DNA from: Candidatus Roizmanbacteria bacterium GW2011_GWA2_35_19
GTDB taxonomy: Bacteria > Patescibacteriota > Microgenomatia > UBA1406 > GWC2-37-13
Direction of reading: 5' to 3'
Assembly (NCBI GenBank): GCA_000990565.1
Contig: LBQC01000002.1
Coordinates: 6,182 to 70,181 of the forward strand
Length of the DNA stretch: 64,000 nucleotides
Of this stretch, positions 1 to 8,562 are shown in pieces. The notes beneath the pieces were generated by a model that made no database searches, had not been told where the DNA came from, and saw only the letters and a list, made by a program, of their open reading frames with translations. The position numbers and the translations under genes were made by a program. Numbering within the stretch: position 1 is the stretch's first letter; every line of letters begins with the position of its first letter.

Positions 1-18
1 GAGTCGGGAACAGACTCT

Positions 19-46
19 AAAAAAAATCCCCGCTGAGGCGGGGTTT
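19..46 (-). terminator. Intrinsic terminator of a Trp attenuator
   Basis: The minus strand reads AAACCCCGC-CTCA-GCGGGGA followed by 8 T, directly downstream of the Trp-rich leader ORF. Confidence 0.85.
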
Positions 47-63
47 GTAATTTAATTATTACA

Positions 64-132
64 CTAAAAATATACCCGCCAACAGCAGGAATCCCAACTT
101 TGCCAATTATTTACTGAATTTATATATTTCAT
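64..132 (-). CDS. trpL: Trp attenuator leader peptide MKYINSVNNWQSWDSCCWRVYF
   Basis: 22-codon ORF with three TGG codons lying between trpR and a terminator. Its GGCGGG segment can pair with CCCGCC in the terminator 5' arm as an antiterminator. Confidence 0.8.
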   Translation of the reverse strand: MKYINSVNNWQSWDSCCWRVYF

Positions 133-199
133 ATTGCTTTAGGCGACTCTACCGGCCAATTTCTGACCCCGCAGGTCAGATACGGCCCGTTGTAATAAT

Positions 200-445
200 C
201 TAGATATTCTTAAAACGGCCCATTTTTAATTCTCTTGACCCTCGAGTCACTGTTGCCACCCCGACTTTAAGCCGTCGGGCGATCTCTTGGTGGGGGAGGC
301 CTTTTTTCAAAAGTTTGACAATTTGTAAACGGGTAACTATTTCATCAAACTCACTCGGCGTCAAAATGCCTCTTAAAAAATCAAGCATTTCGGCCCTTGT
401 CTTATTTTTCAAAAATGCCTCAACTAACTCCCCTACTTTATCCAT
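200..445 (-). CDS. trpR: Trp repressor family protein (TrpR/YerC)
   Basis: LTPSE...RLQIVKLL...EIARRLKVGVATVTRGSREL matches the TrpR helix-turn-helix signature. Confidence 0.85.
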   Translation of the reverse strand: MDKVGELVEAFLKNKTRAEMLDFLRGILTPSEFDEIVTRLQIVKLLKKGLPHQEIARRLKVGVATVTRGSRELKMGRFKNI

Positions 446-451
446 AATTTG

Positions 452-475
452 GTACTAGTATACTAGTATGTTATA
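452..475 (-). promoter_or_regulatory. TrpR operator and -10 box of trpR
   Basis: The palindrome TACTAGTATACTAGTA (453-468) resembles the E. coli trp operator GTACTAGTTAACTAGTAC. It lies between TATAAC (470-475, minus strand) and the trpR start codon. Confidence 0.85.
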
Positions 476-481
476 AGTTTG

Positions 482-871
482 TCAAGAGGATTTTTTGTGC
501 TCTTTCATCATGCACATATTCATGACGACGGTTAGGCCGGCAGCGCGGGCTTTTTGGGCACCTTTAATATCTTCAACGCCTTCTTGCATCCAGATTGATT
601 TAGCGCCGATTTTAATTGCTTCATCAACTATCAGGGAGACAAATTCTGACTTTCTAAATATATCTACGACGTCAATTTTATCTTGTATTTCAGAAAGAGT
701 TTTATAGCTTTTTATTCCTAAAAAATTGTCAATATTAGGATTTACCGGAAAGATTTTATATCCATGGTCAATTAAATATTTACCAACTTTGTATGATGGA
801 CGGTCGGGTTTATCAGATAAGCCAACGATAGCGATGGTTTTAATAGATTTAAAGAGAATTGAATTATTCAT
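482..871 (-). CDS. CoA-binding protein (YccU family)
   Basis: KTIAIVGLSDKPDRPSYKVGKYL...VNP...DVVDIFRKS...WMQEG motifs. Confidence 0.9.
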   Translation of the reverse strand: MNNSILFKSIKTIAIVGLSDKPDRPSYKVGKYLIDHGYKIFPVNPNIDNFLGIKSYKTLSEIQDKIDVVDIFRKSEFVSLIVDEAIKIGAKSIWMQEGVEDIKGAQKARAAGLTVVMNMCMMKEHKKSS

Positions 872-926
872 TTAATAATTTCTAAAATTCGAATTTGTTT
901 TGGATTTCGGATTTTAGGCTTTGTAT

Positions 927-3019
927 TTACAGTTTAATATTCTGATATGGCTCATTTTCGTGACTACAATCGACGCAGTAGTTCACGAACATATCTTTAA
1001 TTATTGTTTTTTCTTTCATTTCAACCTCAGGCCAATTTGCGGGAGCTAATTTGTCATCCTTAGTTATGGCGATTGTTTGTTTAGAAATATGGGGTTCTTT
1101 TGGTTCAGTTCCTTTTATAAAATATTCAAATCTTGGCGAGCAGCTATCACTTTATTCCAAATTGGCGCAGCTCCGGAGACTCCCGAAGTAAGCCACGGAT
1201 TCATTGGCGAATTATCATTATTCCCGACCCAGACTGCGGTCAAAAAGTTTGGCGTATATCCAATTGTCCAGTTGTCTCGCTTATCATCAGTTGTTCCGGT
1301 CTTGACAGATACCGCGTGCCCTGATACTGATAAATACGATCCCGTCCCAAATGATTGTGACCTAGCATTGTCATCAAGTAGGATATGCGAAATTATAAAT
1401 GCAGTTTCAGGAGAAATGGCATTCTTACCAGATATTGAAAGCGAGCTTGGAGCGGTCATTGGCTTTTTTATATCTTTTACATAATTTGGATCAGAAAATT
1501 TATAAAGAATTTTTCCAAGCTTATCTTCAACTTTCAAAATTTCAGTCAGTTTTTTTACCTTACCTCGATTAGCGAAGCTTGAAAATGCCTGTGCCATTTC
1601 CGTCATCTTAACTTCACCACCTCCTAGAGTAAGGGCAAGGCCGTAATTTTTTGGATCTTTAAATGATGTAATTCCAAATGCTGATGAGGAGGCAACAAAC
1701 TCCTTAACTCCGTTAAACGCCAGCATTTTAACCGCAGGAATATTGAAAGAATTACCAAGTGAAAATCTTAAAGCTTGAGGACCATGGAATTTACCGTCGT
1801 AATTTACCGGGCAATAGCCTTTGGGCTGTCCACTGGCAGAAAAGCAAGTTGGGGAGTCAATAAATACAGTCGCCGCCGTCACTAGTTTCCGGTCAATTCC
1901 AATCGCATAATTTATGGGTTTAATCGATGAACCTGGCTGTCTTTCTGCTGTTACGACATTGAAAGCTCCAGAACCTGTTGCGAAATAATCGACCGATCCG
2001 ATCATGGCCAATATTTCGCCGGTAGGCGGTCGAGTGACTAATACAGCACCATTTGAAATATTTAAGTCCTCTACTTTTTCTAATTCTTCCTTCAAGGTTT
2101 TTTCGGCCGCTTCCTGAATGTCAAGATCGAGAGTCGTCGTCACTTTAAGTCCACCCACTTCAACAGTTTCAACCCCATACTTTTCTTCAAGCAGTTTTTT
2201 AATATAAAAAACAAAATGGGGCGCTTTTATTATGTTTTTTGGCGGCCTAATGTCAAGTTTTTGAGATATTGCTTTATCATAAGTTTTTTTATCGATGTAT
2301 TTTTGATCAAACATTTTTTTGAGAACGGTATTTTTACGGGAAAACGAAAGCTTAGGATTAAGATATGGTGAATAAAGCGAAGGAGCCTGTGGTAGACCGG
2401 CAAGAAAAGCGGCCTCAGGAAGATTTAGTTCTTTTGCTGGTTTATTAAAATAAAGCAGACTTGCCTGCTCGATCCCATATGCTGCGCCGCCATATGGGAC
2501 CTGATTTAAGTACATTTCAAGAATCTCATCTTTTCCATATATTTTTTCCGTCATCATCGCCAAAATAATCTCTCTTATTTTTCGTCTTATGGTTCTTTCT
2601 GAAGTTAAAAGTGAAGTCTTTATAAGTTGCTGGGTCAAGGTCGAGCCGCCCTGAACACGACCGGTAAGAAGACTATCTTTGAAAGCGCGGAGCATTCCAC
2701 TAAAAAATGAAATCCCTCCATGTTTATAAAAATCTTTATCCTCAATCGCGATTGTAGCTTCAGATACAAATTTTGGAATATTTTTTAGTTGAATAGAGGT
2801 GCGATTCTGCTCTTTATATATGTCATATAGAAGCTTGCCATTTCGATCCAGTATTTGAGTCGATAAGGGAGTCGTTTGGAAATCTTTTAGTTTATACGGA
2901 TTCGGTAACTGGTAAAAAATATAAAAAAATACTAAAAAAAATCCTGACAGTAATCCAAAGATAAAGATTATTCTTTTTCTCTTATTTATAACGCTTTTGA
3001 TTTGTTGAAAATTTGTCAT
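927..3019 (-). CDS. Class A penicillin-binding protein (transglycosylase/transpeptidase); C-terminal part (927-1151) out of frame
   Basis: EDKDFYKHGG, QGGSTLTQQ, SSIK, SFN and KTGT motifs in ORF 1115-3019. A second frame at 927-1151 reads SDSCSPRFEYFIKGTEPK...YCVDC, which looks like the usual C-terminal tail. Confidence 0.9.
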
Positions 3020-4461
3020 ATTGTATAGATTTGTGATGGCGAGGGGGTAAGTCGAGGAAATAAAGGAGCGATTTTTTTGACTTTCCCTTTTATAACTTTT
3101 AGAATTTTTTCGGATGTTTCTGGCAAAAAAGGCTGAAGATTATAAGAGATTGATTTCAATGTTTTAAAACATTGAAGCAGAAAATCCTTCCTTTCTTCAG
3201 GTGATTTTTTCCAGGGTGCAAAGTCGTCAATGGCTTTATTTAAAGCTTTTATTTCTTTCCAAATTAATTCAAGAATAAGATTGAATTGGAAAGAATTAAA
3301 TAGTTCTTTTGTCCTATTGTCAATTGTCAATTGCCAATTGCCAATTGTTTTTATTTCGTCTTTTTCGGCGAGGGTGGTAAGCCTTGAGACTAAATTTCCA
3401 AGTTCATTGGCAAGATCGGAGTTATAAACCTCGTCCATTCTTCGATACGAAAAATCCCCATCATCGGCAGGCGGGATCTCTTTCAGCAAGTAGTATCTTA
3501 CGGCATCAGTCCCGTATTTTTTGACCAATTTAAAAGGATCAACGACGTTTCCTAAGCTCTTACTCATTTTTTGACCGTTTGATGTAATAAAACCGTGTAT
3601 AAATATTTGGGTTGAATTTGGAAGTCCGGCTGACATAAGCATTGCCTGCCAAATTGCTGATTGCTGTCTTAAATTATCCTTACCGGCAACCTGCATCCCT
3701 GGCCAAAAAATCGAGTAATCGCCTTTTTCATCTGGCCAGCCCAAAGTTGAAATATAAAAAACCAAGGCGTCAAACCAAACGTACATTACGTGATCAGGGT
3801 CGTCAGGAACCGGTACCCCCCAAGGCATCTTATTTTTAAGTCTGGAAACGCTAAAATCCTCAAGACCGGACTTTACAAAAGCCTCGATCTCATCTAGCCG
3901 ATAGTCAGGGACAACAAAGTCAGGGTGATCTTCATAAAGCTGCAGAAGCCTTTTTTGATATTTAGAAAATTTGAAGAAATAATTTTCTTCTTCGATTATT
4001 TCAATCACGAGGTTTGGATGAATAGGACATTTACCCGCATTTAATTCTGAGTCAGTCTTTTCAAGCTCGCACCCGACGCAATATTTTGTTTTATAATTTT
4101 TTTTGTAAATATCACCGTTTTTAAAGCATCGACGCCATAATTCTTGCGCCGCCTTCATATGAGCTTCATCGGTCGTCCTTATGAAATGAGTCGTGCTCAA
4201 ATTGAGAGTTTTTTTTAAATCGTCAAATCGTGAAGAAAACTCTTTGCAGTATTGAAGGGGGTCTTTCTTTGCTTCAAGCGCCTTCCTGTATATTTTTAAT
4301 CCATGTTCATCTGTCCCAAAACCAAAGGCAACTTTGGCGCCAATCAAACGATTAAACCGGGCCAGCACATCAGCCTGGACTATCTCAAGGGCAAAACCGA
4401 TATGCGGATCAGCATTGACATATGGAGCAGTGGTAGTAATATAGAAAGTTTTTTTGGCCAT
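3016..4461 (-). CDS. metG: Methionyl-tRNA synthetase
   Basis: FYITTTAPYVNADPHIG, YVWFDAL and KMSKS motifs. Confidence 0.97.
   Translation of the reverse strand: MAKKTFYITTTAPYVNADPHIGFALEIVQADVLARFNRLIGAKVAFGFGTDEHGLKIYRKALEAKKDPLQYCKEFSSRFDDLKKTLNLSTTHFIRTTDEAHMKAAQELWRRCFKNGDIYKKNYKTKYCVGCELEKTDSELNAGKCPIHPNLVIEIIEEENYFFKFSKYQKRLLQLYEDHPDFVVPDYRLDEIEAFVKSGLEDFSVSRLKNKMPWGVPVPDDPDHVMYVWFDALVFYISTLGWPDEKGDYSIFWPGMQVAGKDNLRQQSAIWQAMLMSAGLPNSTQIFIHGFITSNGQKMSKSLGNVVDPFKLVKKYGTDAVRYYLLKEIPPADDGDFSYRRMDEVYNSDLANELGNLVSRLTTLAEKDEIKTIGNWQLTIDNRTKELFNSFQFNLILELIWKEIKALNKAIDDFAPWKKSPEERKDFLLQCFKTLKSISYNLQPFLPETSEKILKVIKGKVKKIAPLFPRLTPSPSQIYTI
3314..3348. repeat. Five tandem 7-mers (CAATTGY) inside metG
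   Basis: ctattgt caattgt caattgc caattgc caattgt, encoding TIGNWQLTIDNR. Confidence 0.8.
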
Positions 4462-4496
4462 AAACTAAATTATAACATTTCCAGGAGTGTACGTGA

Positions 4497-4787
4497 CTAT
4501 TTATTTAATAATGAATAGACACCAATTATAAATCCGAGGGCTAATAAACCGTTTACGATATCAAGAAGCGATAGAGCTATTAAACTTATAAAAATGAAGA
4601 AAAACAAAAAAGTTACCACCGCAATTTTATGATTAGTGAAAGATTTTATAAGCAAACTTAAAAAAAGGCTGAATAAAAAAATTACAATCAAAATGATTGA
4701 GGGACTACTTGGCGGAACTAGTATAATCAGCAGTAAAATAGCTATAAAAAGCAGGATAATAGGGGTTGCATCTCTCATTGTTATCAA
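4497..4787 (-). CDS. Small membrane protein (about 4 transmembrane helices)
   Basis: Almost entirely hydrophobic ORF with TATAAT upstream; the true start may be the ATG at 4778. Confidence 0.7.
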   Translation of the reverse strand: MITMRDATPIILLFIAILLLIILVPPSSPSIILIVIFLFSLFLSLLIKSFTNHKIAVVTFLFFFIFISLIALSLLDIVNGLLALGFIIGVYSLLNK

Positions 4788-4802
4788 TTATAATGTTTTA
4801 CC

Positions 4803-5174
4803 ATGAAGAAAACAGAGGCCAAAAAAAAGACCGTAAAGAAGACAAGTGTCAAGTCGGTTACCAAAACTCCCTCGGTTAAAAAACCAGCAAAATCCGCTCC
4901 AGTTAATACCACTCTTTTAGAAGATAAAGATAAAATAATTGAGAAATTTGCTCAAAGGAAGGGAGATACTGGGTCACCTGAAGTCCAGATTGCCCTCCTT
5001 TCTCACAAAATAATTAAATTAAGTGGACATTTAGACATCAATAAAAAAGACAATCATTCACGTCGAGGACTTTTAAAGGTAATTGCAAAAAGAAGAAGAA
5101 TATTGAATTACCTTCAAAAATTGGACGAAAAAAGATATAAATCATTAATTAAAGAATTAGGGTTAAAAAGATAA
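4803..5174 (+). CDS. rpsO: 30S ribosomal protein S15 with Lys/Thr-rich N-terminal extension
   Basis: DTGSPEVQIALL...KKDNHSRRGLLK motif; lies upstream of pnp. Confidence 0.97.
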   Translation: MKKTEAKKKTVKKTSVKSVTKTPSVKKPAKSAPVNTTLLEDKDKIIEKFAQRKGDTGSPEVQIALLSHKIIKLSGHLDINKKDNHSRRGLLKVIAKRRRILNYLQKLDEKRYKSLIKELGLKR

Positions 5175-5305
5175 ATTCGAATACCGAATATCGAAATCCG
5201 AAATCACCGCCAAAGCGGGATCCCGCAAAGGCGGGACAATTTTTAAATTTGAAAATTTAATATTAGAACTTTTTTCGAGTTTCGTATTTCGAGCTTCGAG
5301 TTTCA
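5175..5305. repeat. 7-nt-periodic imperfect palindromic element containing a GC-rich hairpin insert
   Basis: Left arm ttcgaataccgaatatcgaaatccgaaat and right arm ttcgagtttcgtatttcgagcttcgagtttc; internal ccgccaaagcgggatcccgcaaaggcggg. Confidence 0.75.
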
Positions 5306-5327
5306 ACCCTTACATTATTAAATATCT

Positions 5328-7415
5328 ATGAAAATTACAGAAAAGTCTACGGAGATTGATGGTCAGAAGTTAACTTTGCAGTTTGGAAGACTTGCAACTG
5401 CGGTTGACACTTCAGTATATGCAACCTTAGGTGATACGGCCGTCTTAGTAACGGTAGCAATCGGTCCAGTTAATCCTAACCTTGATTATTTTCCACTCTC
5501 GGTTGAATACGCGGAAAAATTATATGCCGGAGGACTAATTAAGGGCTCACGATGGATTAAACGCGAAGGCCGGCCATCGGATGAGGCAGTATTGACAGGA
5601 CGATTAATCGACCGATCAATTCGACCCCTTTTCCCGAAAAGCTATAAAAAACAAGTTCAAGTAGTCATAACCCTCCTTTCAATAGATGGAGTCAATGCTC
5701 CAGAGATTTTGTCAGCAATTGCGGTATCAGCAGCTTTGTCTGTTTCCTCAGTCCCATGGTCAGGGCCGATTTCAACAGCTCGTATTGGTTATGTCACATC
5801 TTCTGAAAAAAAGGAATCTGCATTCATACTAAACCCGACTGAAACTGAAAAGGAATTCTCTGATCTTGACCTGGTTGTTTCTTCGACCAAAGAAAAAGTA
5901 TTAATGATTGAAACTGAGGCAAACATTGTACCAGATTTCGTAATTCAAGAGGGAATAGAAATGGCTAAAACAGAAAACAGAAAGATAATTGCTTTCATTG
6001 AAACTTTAGTTAAAGAGATTGGCAAGAAAAAGGACGAAACGCCTGAAGAAACCGATTATTCAGAAATATTAAAGCTCGTAAAATCAAAATACGCAAAACC
6101 AGTTGAGGATTCAGTAAAACAAGCAGCTGAGACAGCCGGATCAGAAGACAAAATGCTTCAGGAAATTGTCAATTCAATTTATGAAGACCTTGAGAAAAAG
6201 TTCGATATAAAACAGATAATGGCGGCAATCACGAAGAATAATTATGAAAATATAAAAAATAACATTTTAGATAAAAAAATTAGACCGGATGGCAGGAAAT
6301 TTGATGAGGTAAGAAACTTGCTTTCTGAAGTGTCGGTACTTCCAAGAACACATGGATCTGCCCTATTTCAAAGAGGACAAACTCAGGTACTTTCAATCGC
6401 AACCTTAGGATCAACAACTTTAGAACAGTTGATTGAGGGACCCGAGGGGAAAGAGGCAAAAAGATATATCCACCACTATTCAGATGGACCATACTCATAC
6501 GGTCAGGTCGGGAGATTTTTTGGACCTTCAAGACGTGCGATAGGTCATGGAGCACTAGCCGAAAAAGCAATTGAACCAGTTCTTCCAAAGACTGAAGATT
6601 TTCCATATGCAATAAGAGTCGTCTCAGAAATTTTATCTGAAAATGGGTCGTCATCAATGGGAGGTGTCTGCGGATCCTCACTTGCCTTAATGGACGCTGG
6701 CGTCCCGCTCAAGCAGGCTGTCGCCGGAATTGCGATGGGAATAATGACTAAATCTGACGATGAATACGTTGTCATGACAGATATTGTCGGTCTTGAAGAT
6801 TTCTCTGGAGAGATGGACTTCAAAATAGCAGGAACTGACAATGGAATTACTGCGATCCAGCTTGATGTAAAAAATAAGGGTTTAACTAAAAAAATGATCG
6901 CAGATATTTTTGCCCAGGCGAAAGTTGCCCGGCTCCAGATTCTTGCTACGATGAATTCAGTGATTGATAAACCACGAAAAGAGGTTTCAAAATATGCTCC
7001 AAAAGTTGTCGTCCTTACTCCTCCACCTGATAAAATTGGAGAAATAATCGGTCCCGGTGGTAAGAATATAAGAGCGTTGATTGCGCGGACCCAGACTGAA
7101 ATTAATGTCGATGATGACGGAAAGGTCACCATATCGGGACTTGATCGGGCGAAAGTCGATGAAGCAGCCGCTCACATTGGTAATATTACTCGCGAGATTC
7201 AAGTTGGAGAAGAGTTTGAAGGTGAAGTCAAAAGAATTTTAGCATTCGGGGCATTTGTCGAAATGGTCCCGGGCAAAGAGGGGCTTGTCCATGTGTCAAA
7301 GATGGGTAAAGGATTTGTGAAGCATCCAGAAGATGTCGTCAAAATAGGGCAAAAAGTAAAAGTCAAAGTCTATCAGGTCGACAACATGGGAAGAATAAAT
7401 CTTCAGATGATTTAA
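5328..7415 (+). CDS. pnp: Polyribonucleotide nucleotidyltransferase (PNPase)
   Basis: RLIDRSIRPLFP, HGSALFQRGQTQ and GEMDFKIAGT motifs, plus KH and S1 domains. Confidence 0.98.
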   Translation: MKITEKSTEIDGQKLTLQFGRLATAVDTSVYATLGDTAVLVTVAIGPVNPNLDYFPLSVEYAEKLYAGGLIKGSRWIKREGRPSDEAVLTGRLIDRSIRPLFPKSYKKQVQVVITLLSIDGVNAPEILSAIAVSAALSVSSVPWSGPISTARIGYVTSSEKKESAFILNPTETEKEFSDLDLVVSSTKEKVLMIETEANIVPDFVIQEGIEMAKTENRKIIAFIETLVKEIGKKKDETPEETDYSEILKLVKSKYAKPVEDSVKQAAETAGSEDKMLQEIVNSIYEDLEKKFDIKQIMAAITKNNYENIKNNILDKKIRPDGRKFDEVRNLLSEVSVLPRTHGSALFQRGQTQVLSIATLGSTTLEQLIEGPEGKEAKRYIHHYSDGPYSYGQVGRFFGPSRRAIGHGALAEKAIEPVLPKTEDFPYAIRVVSEILSENGSSSMGGVCGSSLALMDAGVPLKQAVAGIAMGIMTKSDDEYVVMTDIVGLEDFSGEMDFKIAGTDNGITAIQLDVKNKGLTKKMIADIFAQAKVARLQILATMNSVIDKPRKEVSKYAPKVVVLTPPPDKIGEIIGPGGKNIRALIARTQTEINVDDDGKVTISGLDRAKVDEAAAHIGNITREIQVGEEFEGEVKRILAFGAFVEMVPGKEGLVHVSKMGKGFVKHPEDVVKIGQKVKVKVYQVDNMGRINLQMI

Positions 7416-7423
7416 TTCAAAGA

Positions 7424-7786
7424 TTATTTTGTATTTTTTCTTATATCATCGACAATGTATCTTATGTCTCCCTCAAAATACCAGTAGGTAATGCTTGGCT
7501 TGTCAAATGGATTTGAATGGATGTGCCATGTTCCTTCGGGAACAATCCGAAGCTTGTCTTTCTCGTTCAGCTTATGAGTACTTCCTTCAGGTTTATCAAA
7601 TACTATCATCACACAACTATTTTTGACCTGTGTTAAATTTTCAAATCCTTTTGGACGATTATGAATAAGCAATGAAGAAAATGGTTTAAGTTCAAGGTAT
7701 CCTTGACTAAATATCTCATTTGATTCGCCTAGGTAAAATTTCCCTTGGGGAATTTCAACTACTTCGCATGTGCCAATATCTTGCAT
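7424..7786 (-). CDS. Cupin-fold protein
   Basis: H-N-R..E motif and IVPEGTWHIHSN (cupin motif 2). Confidence 0.7.
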   Translation of the reverse strand: MQDIGTCEVVEIPQGKFYLGESNEIFSQGYLELKPFSSLLIHNRPKGFENLTQVKNSCVMIVFDKPEGSTHKLNEKDKLRIVPEGTWHIHSNPFDKPSITYWYFEGDIRYIVDDIRKNTK

Positions 7787-7803
7787 ATGTGTATCATCTT
7801 ATC

Positions 7804-7817
7804 ACACCCTACGGGTG
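7804..7817. repeat. REP-like palindrome ACACCCTACGGGTG downstream of the RAYT gene
   Basis: An identical 14-mer occurs at 8496-8509; CACCC/GGGTG hairpin. Confidence 0.85.
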
Positions 7818-7825
7818 AAATGAGG

Positions 7826-8491
7826 CTAATCAATTAATAAATCTTTAATTTTTTTTAATTTGCGCTGATAGTCAACTTGATTTTGGTGGAATTTTTTAAA
7901 TGAATCAATAGACTTAAAATAACTTGTAATTAAATCAGTATTCACAAATTTATTTAAATCCTTGTTTATGTACCATGAATAAGAGGAGTAAGGGTAATTA
8001 GCTAAATCTTCAAAGTCAATTAAATATGAAGTAACATGATTAAGGTGAATATAACGACAAGCATGAAGTAATTCCTCTTCATTGGTTATTCGCTTACACT
8101 TAAAGCTGTTTAAAAAAAGCGATCCTTCGCGATTATTTATAAGATTAAAGCATTTGGCAAAACTGTTTTGGATATTACTAATAAATCTTTTAACTCCAAA
8201 GTCAGCGAGTTGTTTAAGTAGAAAATGATAATGGTTTGGCATAAAGGAATGAGCGTAAATATCAATTAGAGGAGCTGAATCTTTTACTTTTTTTATATAT
8301 GCATTCTGAATTAGAAAATTCATCTTATTATAAATTGATAGTCTGATTTTTTGGTCATACCTATAAAAATCAACAATATTTAAAATTTTGTTTAAGTCCG
8401 ATGTTTCCTTAAAAATACTTTCACTTGCAATCGACTTATTGTAAACATGATAAATTTCCCCAGTTACTATGAGTGGTCTCCTATATGTCAT
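7826..8491 (-). mobile_element. REP-associated tyrosine transposase (RAYT, Y1 HUH family)
   Basis: GEIYHVYNK, MPNHYHFLL (HUH motif), RYIHLN and YPYSSY; flanked by identical palindromes. Confidence 0.9.
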
Positions 8492-8495
8492 AATT

Positions 8496-8509
8496 ACACC
8501 CTACGGGTG
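8496..8509. repeat. REP-like palindrome ACACCCTACGGGTG upstream of the RAYT gene
   Basis: Identical to 7804-7817, 4 bp before the RAYT start codon. Confidence 0.85.
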
Positions 8510-8562
8510 TTAGAAAAAGAAGTCAGTTGATTTTCATTGCGGCTATAAGTAGAATCAATTAT

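Noticed and set aside
6280-7202. Long antisense ORFs within pnp, and similar ones in the PBP, ftsZ, ileS and the surface protein
   Set aside because: These are shadow frames opposite well-supported genes, with no motifs of their own.
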